From contig JBHGNT010000003.1 of assembly GCA_043228905.1 (NCBI GenBank), positions 25,234,001 to 25,298,000 on the forward strand: DNA of 64,000 bases, read 5' to 3'. This DNA is from Azolla caroliniana. Taxonomy: Eukaryota; Plantae; Polypodiophyta. Shown here in pieces: positions 54,951-64,000 of this stretch (positions are counted from its first letter, which is position 1; every line of letters starts with the position of its first letter). The translations under genes were made by a program, and so were the position numbers. The notes under the pieces were generated by a model that was given only the letters and a program-made list of their open reading frames with translations, did no database searches and was not told the DNA's origin.

Positions 54951-56547
54951 ATAACAATTTAGAATAAAAACTACATTTTAAGATTTGTAAACATCCATTA
55001 TCAAAGTTATGTACTTTGCATTCTTGTTCAACCTTAGACCAATGATACATGAGATTAGTAGTCACTTCAAAAAACGTTGTTTGGCCCCATAAACATCAAT
55101 CAACCTGCGGTTGCTCTTCCATTAGTAAATGGCAAAGGACATTGCATCAATGCAATATTTTATAGTTGTTGTCAAATAAACCCAGAATTGGGCGGGATCT
55201 CGATCAATCTCTCTCACAAAACGCACAATTATAATATTAAATGTGTGAAAAACTCTGCAATGGTACCACAACTAAGTGGTCTCGCTATGACATGAGTAGT
55301 GGGACATGTTGAATTGCCAACGTGCAATACAAACACCCCTTTCAAACTAAGGAAAAAATTTGACATGCCACATAAAAACTACCATCAAGTTTTGTAGATA
55401 TCTTGTAAATCAATTGTATAAAAACCAATTATGATGCAATTAGACAAATTTCAAGTCACATCATTTTTAAAGAAGTTAAAGCCCACTAACACTACCAAAT
55501 TACTAACGGCAATGTCACTTCTATTACAATGTGGTGAATGGTCATGATATTCAATACTCATCGTATCAATGACAACCATAAGACTCTGACAACATTGGAC
55601 TCAATGAAAAACATGACTCAAGCAAATGAGTGAAATCTTGCAATATCTGTTGACATCATAAATGATGACCCTTCCCTTCAAAGTTATAAATAACGAATTC
55701 AATGCATCAATCAACTTATTTTATTGCCTAGATATAGATTGCTTCACCGTAAGTCCTTAATGGATTTTTTGTTCTCCATAGTGACAATTCACATACCCAT
55801 TTCTGGCATCTATAATGGCAATTCACATACCCACAATAGAACATTACAAGACAATGTTCTTGGTTAGCTATTGTGCTCCTTAGATTTAAGGTATATCACA
55901 TTACCCAAAAAAAGTACCACCAAACATGGCAAAAAATGAAAACGAGTATAAACCTATTAGCTATCTTAAATTATGCCTCATAGCAAACTTATACTAACTT
56001 ACACCATCCTGTAGACAGAAACCCATTTAGACAGGAAAACCTCATCACTAAACCAGGACAAAAATTGTACTACAAAAATATTCAATGAGTTTTAGTCCAC
56101 ATCAACCTTGAACCAAAAAGTGATTCTGGTACCCGAAAAAGGCAGCCAGACTTAAAATTATGCTTATTAACCTATGGTTGAGTTTTTATATAATGGCTGG
56201 AAAAAACACCATAAGAATCTGATTAAATAGCAAAAAAAATTAGCATTTTGCACACCCAGATTCTTAGCTTTAATATCTATCACCGACACACAAAGTCACA
56301 AGAAAATTAAATTTCTACAGATATGAGGAAAAAGTTTCTAAATAAGCTGTGAGCACAATACACTTTGTCGAATGAGACACTTTTCCACATCGGCATCGTC
56401 CAATCAACACAATCTACAAGCAGAAAGCACCAGTACACTTTCTCAGCATGAGACACTTATCTGCATCAGCTTAGTCCAACCAACACGATCTGATCTATAC
56501 GAACCACAACTCGTACATGCTATACTAAAACTGCATAGAGCATGACA

Positions 56548-59500
56548 CTATTTCCATAGCTTGACAATCTTATCATGGCTTGCCGAAGCAACCATCCCCG
56601 TAGCTGGTGCCTGGGCAAGAGCTGCAATCAGTCCGTCATGGGCAGGTATTGTCATACTTGTCTTCTCTTGCATACACCAAAGCTCCAGTGACTGAAGATT
56701 AAAACATTACATCAATGATAAATCAATAAATTGATCTGTCTTTCTTTTTTATCAACACAAGGTTGTCAGTTAAAATCCTTACATTTTACATCTATGTTCC
56801 ATCATATGATACTTCGGCTAAACTAAATACCACATCTGTGTCTCGAACTAATGATCTCACGATCTCCAAATAGGTTACAGGGCCAATACAACCATGCAGC
56901 AATGGTTTTCCTTGTACAGAATTAAGATTCAAATCTCAATGATCCGTTGTGCCTTTCACCTTATTGATCTACTAATTTAAAATCCCCCAGTCATGAACAA
57001 AGTGACAGAGCTTCCCTGAAAGGCCCAAAACATATCGGCATATTCTCCATCATCCCTTGTCTTTCTGATAGTATTCCCCACAACCCTATTGGTCTGGAAA
57101 ACAAGACACACACCTAGTGCCCAGGGCATTTTTTTTATTTACTTCATTGAAGTTCAAATACTTTCGGCTACTTATACATCAGCGTAATGTACATACCAAA
57201 GATCAGCAATCAATTCTTATTATGACATTAAAACTTGTTTTAAGGTGAAGGCATAAGAACCCAAAACCCTCAATATTCCAGGGCATGTTGTAATTTTTAT
57301 CATTTTTTTATGTCCACTACTTACACATCAGTGTAATCTTGACATGCCAAAGATCAGCAATCAATTCTTATTATGCCTACAAAATTTGTTTTTAGGTGAA
57401 GCCATAAGAACCCAAAACCCTCAATATTCTAGTCTGTAAAAATCAGCACAACTTTCAAGAAGGATAACATTGTTAAGAGATGATACTTATAAACCTCAAG
57501 GTTCATTTTTAACATACGGTATTTTGTGTAACAAAAGATTACCTGGTAGCACCCAATCACAAGGATCTGTGGATAGGTAGGATGAAAAACACAAGAGTGA
57601 AACACATTGCCATTGCAGCTAAGCTCATGCAAGCACTCTCCCTCGGAACCAGGCCTCAGTGACCACACACGTACTGAATCTTCACTCACAGAAGCAACAT
57701 AATCACCAGTGGTATCCCAACATAATGAATGTACTAGTTTTGTATGCCTCTGTTCAAGAAATAAGAAAACAAATTACAATGCATCGACCTTAAGATACCC
57801 ATATGGTTTTAACTGAGAGCAACCAAACAGCAGTACAAGTAATCAGAATTTATGGTCTACATGAAGGCATAGAATGTGTGTATTAAGTTGAGCTTCAGGA
57901 ATGCACACTAGGTCTGTTTTCAACAATTTTACTACTTAAAAACCTATTGTAACAAACCATTCACCAAATAGATGAGGGCAAAAACCGGAGAAAAGCAACC
58001 ATTTACCAAATAGATGTCAATACCTAGAAACGGTAAAAGAAGCATTTCCTGCAATCCGTACAAAGACAGCCAGTCTAGGACAGCTTTTAATTTAAATTGT
58101 AAGGCAAACTTTATTGTGAACTATTTAAATTACAATGACATTTAAGACGAGATTTTCATATCTCAACTAACATGCTAATCAAATATTGAATTAAATCTAC
58201 CTGCAAAGAGTGCAGACATGTTTTGATCTCAACATAATATATTGCAACAACATTCTCAGATGCATCTCAACTCACATGCTAGCCAAATATTGAATTAAAT
58301 CTACCTGCAAAGAGTGCAGACAGGTTTCAGTCTCAACATCATATATTGCAACAACATTCTCAGATGCAGCAGCTAGTAATTTTCCCGTCCTAGGCTGAAA
58401 TCTGACTTGACTCATTCCCCCCTGTAACAAATTAAAGAAAAAGTTCAAAATTCATTCATTCAGAATAATGTACATTTCAGAAAGTGATGATTTTCTCCAT
58501 GATATTAATTAGTTTCTAAATTAACCTGGAACATTCTTGTACAGACACCCTGGTTGACACTCCAGTACCGAATCTCGTTTTCTCCATCACATGAGCAGAG
58601 AAGATCTTCATTCTTAGGATGAAAATCTAGTGACATCACTGACCCACGATGTCCTGTGAAGCTCCTCAACAAATAGCTTGGCTATGGGAAAATTTGCCAA
58701 AAAAAATCATTACTGAATCCTAATTGCAAACATAACATACAGCACTCTAATTTCCAAATAGTTAAGCAAAGTTAAGGTCGTGTACTAACACTGTCTGCTT
58801 CCCAGACTCTCACGGATTTGTCGAAGGAGGAAGTTGCAAGCCGTGTGGAAATTGAGCTAAACCGAACATCAGTAATTAACATGTTATGTTCTTCCAGTGT
58901 GCTCTTCAATTTCAGAGTATCCATGTTCCATAAAACTGCCTGAACAAAAAGAAATTCAATCAAGGTTTTCAAACATCAGTTCTTTATTTCTCCAAATGCC
59001 CCTGAGTTCTGTTATTTACTCATTGTCAATATCTCACCAACTTATGTTCTACTTGAGAAATTATATGGCCTGGTCAACCCTTTTTTCTCTCCTTCAGGGG
59101 TTGACCAGGCCCCAGCAGCATTTCAGGAAATATGATAATTCATGGACATCTGGGGAAATATACGAACACTTGGGAACTTCAAAGTTTTCCCCTCTAAACT
59201 ATCAGGCATTAGAATCACTTTGATGAGTTTAAGTTTTGTAAAATATCCTTGCCTTCTTATCATGGCCAGCACTTGCAAGTAGCTTTCCATCGGGGGAGAA
59301 GTGGCAAGACACCACTTTGCTATTGCTTGCCTGAAGGTGAGCAACTTCAGTGAAAGAAAAGACTGTTTAACAGAAAACAATGAAGGGCCACTTATAATTT
59401 CTTCGTAAAATGCAGACGAGATACATAGATTAATAAAACAAGCTAAGGAGAAGAGACCTTTGCTAACATCCATATTCTGCCCTGTAGTAGGGCTCCTCTT

Positions 59501-62500
59501 ACTACAACTGAACAATGGTTCTCTTTGATCTGCCTCTTCATGAGACAGAAAAGATTCAACATTGTCGTCTAATGAACCATCATCTGCAAACCGATCTATC
59601 TCAGCCTGCATATTAGGGGAAAGAAAAGGTAAGAAGCCAAAATCCTCAATGACAAGAGAAGCATCCACATCATTGAAGGTGCGTTCATCATCATTGATTC
59701 TCACCAATTGATTAGATGAGCCTCCTAAAGGTCCAGCACCATCAGAACCATACATCAACAATGGTTTTGATGAACCACCATTTTGTTGAAGTGCACTGGC
59801 CATAGACATGACATCACCTGCCGTATGAGTAGAAGGAGTTGAAGGTGCTGAATTTGGTCCAGCAGTATTTCCAGTTCCAGTACTATTTGCAGGTCCCGAA
59901 GAAGAAGTCGGCTGCTTGCGCTTCCTTCCATTCTGTCCTTTTGAAACACCCTGACAACAAAAACAGCATTGTAACAGAACAGCTTTGACAAAAGTTAAAG
60001 AACCAAGTATTCTAATGAGCTATGTGACAAAGCTTTATTGAACATAATATTTTATTAATGTATAAACTAAGATTTCAAATGGGTGAGGTGATAAAGCTTT
60101 GTATAATAATTGTACTAACAATTAGATAAGCTGGGTAATTCAAATTACCTAAGTAACATAGCCCTGTTGAATATAACATCTGTACTATTGTAATCACTGA
60201 GAACTCAAATGTGCTAGGTAATGATTCTTTTTTTGAAGCTTAGCTTTTGTATTATTATGCATACTAATCAAAATGAACTAGGTATAAAGCATTTCTTGGG
60301 CATAATTTCGTAGTATGACAAGTATTCCAAACTGAAATGTGCTAGCATAGGAACTTCTAATTATGGTATTTTTTCCTATCGAGTTCATGAGAGTGACTTA
60401 AGTTAAGATGCTGAATCTTACTTGGTCACTTGTTCTGAAACTATTGACAAGGTTACCATCCACATTACTACCAACTCCTACAAGCTGTTGAGATGGTGCA
60501 GCAGATTGTGTCTGTTGTGCTGATTGTGTCTGCTGAGAGGTTTGTCCTTGACCACCACTCAGTTGCTGTAATTGTTGTTGCTGTTGTTGCAATTGTTGGT
60601 GCTGCTGATGCTGTTGGAGTTGAGCTAGCTTTACCTAGTAGCAACAAAAATAGCCTTTATATTTCAGAAGATTATTTCTGCAAAAACATAGTATCAATTG
60701 TAAACAAAATAGCATTATACGGGTGGTGGTCCACATCAATTAGTCAAGTATTGATCAGGCTTACAAATCCAAACAACAAACTGGACTTAAAAATGAGAAA
60801 GAAATAAACAAGAATTTCCAAAGAAAAGAAAATTAACAAGAAGGAAAGCAATGCAAAGAAGCACAATGAGGACACATAGAGAGAGAAAGAGAGATGAAAA
60901 TGTACATACAACTACAAATGCAGACATCATCTTGAGGGATTCAATATGATCGACTTTATCATGCATCGCCATTCACATCTCTCTGGCTCAAAAACCAATA
61001 CCCATGTAAGCTTCAGGATTTCAATCAAGGGTGACAGCCGGATATACAGAGCAGGGCTTACAGTCTTCATTCCTCTCAATTACAAAGGTAATGGTTTCTG
61101 GTTAGCTAGGTTCCATGGTTTCTGGTAAGCTAGGTTCCAAGAAAAGTACAACTATCACTGTACATGTCCCTTCTCAATTCCCTACAGTGATTTCAATGAA
61201 AATTGGTGACAAATTATTCGTTGATCTTTTCTGGATATCTATTGGCATACCAACTATATGATCCTGAAGAAAAGGACATCATGAGATTCAATTAGTAGTG
61301 GCATTTGTAAGTGGCCATTTAGGCTGGGCATCTACGGAGATGAAAAACAAGTACACCTAAAGAAAGAGAGAAGTACAACGTAATCTTCAGAGTTTAGTTA
61401 AAAAGTACGTAATTTTTCTGATCCTCCAGTTCACTGGAGAATGTTTAATGTTATAGGTGAATTTCTCAAATCATCACAAACCTCATAGAACCATTGACAT
61501 CTTGTTAAGAGAGAGAAACACTCATATGTTCAAAAAAACAAATTAGACGTTCTAACAACTGTCTTCAATTCTCAGAAGATGAATATTGAAGAATCACAGC
61601 ATGAAGTTCAATCATATTTTTTAAATTAATCAACTATCAAGGTTTAGTTGATAAATATAGTTTTTCGACATGACAGTAACTTCTCTCTCCAAGTCTATTA
61701 AATGTACTAAATGTCTGTAGGATTCAGAGCAGCTACAATCTCACAGAAGTTTGGGTGTTCTGTCCACAAATCTGTCATGATTGTGCATGCATTCTCTCCT
61801 TTAGACTCTATATCTAATATATAGATAGAATTCAATAATTACATAGCAAGCTATAATGACCATGCACCTTCATAAGTAGTTCCTCGCTATTGCGGGTCAC
61901 AGGAGATGCAGTTTGCATAGGAGAACCCACACCTTGCATAACATCGCCCATACTATTAGGTTGACCATCCTTATTAACTATTCCACTTCTGCTTAAAAGC
62001 ATTTTAAACCTTCTAGATTCCATATCACTTAGAAGCGGAGAGCTAGTAGATAAGAGATTTCCTTGTGCTTGTTGTGATTGCAATAGATGTTGTTGCTGCT
62101 GAGAGCTCAACATCTGAATCTGATGGTATTGTTGTGGAGACTGGATGAAGGACTTTGATTGCACCAAATTTGAACGAAATTGATCAAGCCCCTCAATTTT
62201 TACCAGAACAAGGTAAATTTTGGAGTTAGTTTGAAGCAAATAACTATATTTTAATATTGGTGATGCACAGAGATATACAGAATTAATAATAGATATCAGG
62301 CCATACTGTCAAAGGCCATCCTTTGATAGGTAGAGCATTGCCGGCTTGATTTATCCCTAGGAAATAAAGCAACATTATTAGAATGATGATCCACGAACTT
62401 AGAATCCACAAAAGATGTAAATCATATTAAACGAAGATATCTCTTTGACATAACATGGCACTCATCTAGCAAAACAAATCACCATGAAGTGCAAGGTTAG

Positions 62501-63770
62501 ATATTGGCATTACAAGAGTTAATATTAATGGTAAACAGGTAAAACAAAAATGCACAAAATCCAGCACAACAAAATCATCAAAAGCTGTCAATAACGGAAA
62601 GATCATGGAGTCTTCTTAAGCAATTTTAATCTATAAAATTAAAATTTGAGACCTGGACTTAATAGGCTCGGTTTTGAATGTTGTATGCCAAAGAGAGCAG
62701 GATCTGTTGAAGGTGGCCTTTGATTAAGAACTCCGGTCACATCATTTTTGTTGTCCTGAAAACCTTTGTTATCAATCATGTGAATGTCTAGCCCCATAAG
62801 AAATGGTTACGATAAATGAGAATGTAACATAACAACTTGCCTGGCCCATTCCAGACAAAGACTGATTTCGACCTTGTACTTGCTGAAGGGCATTAGTGAC
62901 ATTACTAGAGCCATTGTGTAAAATCTGCCTGCAAATCAGGTCATCAAAACCATGCAAAACTCATAACTGGTCAGCAGACATTTCAATTTCATGTTTGCCA
63001 AGGAAAGATACATTATATTTTATGCTTCAGATATCTCACCCAGAAGGCTGACCAGATGTAGCTGCTGTTTTCAACAATGGAGTTTGACTGGGATCGACTA
63101 TTTGGTTTGGACCATCTCCATATCTCTGTAATACCACAGATATACAAGGGGTTCTAAACAGATATTCCATTCCATTTTAAATAATTGACATTGCATACGG
63201 AAGGCAATGGTAATGATTTCAATATTTGCACTCTGAAATTTGAATTTGGAAAGATGCATTTTAAGGAGAGTCAGTGCTCCCTCCTGGATTGATGAAGAAG
63301 TCATGTCATACGAGCATGCAGAATATGTCCACACAAATAATGAGCTTCTTACTTTTGAATCAATATTATAAACTGCCATATCATTATTGGAAAAATATAA
63401 AGGACCTACTCCCCCATAAACAAGTTATTTATCTATAGATAATAGCTGCAATTTATGTTTGGATTATCCACAAATAAGAGTGCGACAACAGCACACATAC
63501 AGACACTGTATATGTGTATTGTTTGTGTTTTGCTTAGCATACGCAGTGTAATCTCTAAATTTTCTACTAACCTTCATGCTTGCATCATCTGGACCATCCC
63601 TCTTTTGTGGATGCTTCAAACATTCCTCATAAATCTTCGTGGCCAAGGCATTCGCAGTAGTTTGTTGTCTTAGCATATTGTCAGCACCTACACCATTGGC
63701 AACCCCATTCATGGTAATGTGGCTACCATCCCGTCTTGGGGGTTGCTGCTGCTGTCGTAGAAGCTGAAGC

Positions 63771-63802
<32 letters not shown>

Positions 63803-63847
63803 TTGTTGTTGCTGTTGTTGCTGTTCCCGTGCTTTCAGTTGTTGAGT
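56548..63847 (-). CDS. LUG: LEUNIG / LEUNIG_HOMOLOG transcriptional co-repressor (Gro/Tup1-like), 3' 15 exons; LUFS/LisH exons lie beyond the window
   Basis: Exons 63847-63572, 63125-63040, 62928-62841, 62755-62653, 62356-62307, 62191-61868, 60634-60422, 59950-59705, 59605-59458, 59362-59253, 58939-58790, 58681-58526, 58421-58305, 57749-57543 and 56691-56548 join in frame (805 aa + stop). Motifs: poly[64 protein letters not shown], and WD40 repeats ending [13 protein letters not shown]. Confidence 0.93.
57170..57428. repeat. Intronic tandem duplication (~110-bp core, 2 copies) in the last LUG intron
   Basis: ACTTA(T/C)ACATCAG..CCAAAGATCAGCAATCAATTCTTATTATG..GGTGAAG..CATAAGAACCCAAAACCCTCAATATTC at ~57170 and ~57319. 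Confidence 0.85.
58161..58368. repeat. 104-bp tandem duplication spanning a LUG exon/intron boundary
   Basis: 58161-58264 is a slightly diverged copy of 58265-58368, including the 3' part of exon 58421-58305 and its CAG|GTAGAT donor. Confidence 0.9.
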
Positions 63848-64000
63848 CTGGTAACCCAAAAAAAAGGTAGAATGAAATAGTATAACAAACCACAGAAATC
63901 AAACACTCTTTCCATTAAGAACCAAATTCTTCGATCAATTATTTACTCTATTAGTAGCATGGAATACTAGAAATAAGCCTAAAACATCCAAAATTCTGAT

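Noticed and set aside
6168-63847. Functional gene cluster (TCP + LEUNIG + UGT + transporter + TOM5)
   Set aside because: The genes are unrelated families separated by TE-rich spacers; the sequence gives no evidence of co-regulation or a shared pathway.

Overview
Eukaryotic nuclear DNA from a land plant (AT-rich intergenic DNA, spliceosomal introns, plant-specific gene families); a seed-free plant such as a fern is my guess only. Five protein genes are well supported. They are: an intronless class II (CIN-like) TCP transcription factor (+, 6168-7916); a two-exon, 53-aa mitochondrial TOM5 homologue that the ORF track misses (-, 27479-28906); a five-exon LHT-like amino acid transporter with a long low-complexity N-terminus (+, 35772-40044); a two-exon family-1 UDP-glycosyltransferase with a Gly/His/Gln/Cys-rich insertion (-, 46488-48592); and the last 15 exons of a LEUNIG/LUH co-repressor (-, 56548-63847, 5' end outside the window). 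An unrecognised, in-frame spliced small-exon chain (+, ~22556-25497) followed by a long hairpin faces TOM5. Intergenic DNA holds a copia-like LTR with PBS, a hAT-type element with an 8-bp TSD, two 5'-truncated LINEs, and several tandem repeats and microsatellites. I see no convincing novel multi-gene system. The best leads are the orphan spliced locus plus hairpin, the repeat-driven protein expansions, and the splice-site oddities in LEUNIG. All coordinates and family calls were made by eye, without database searches.
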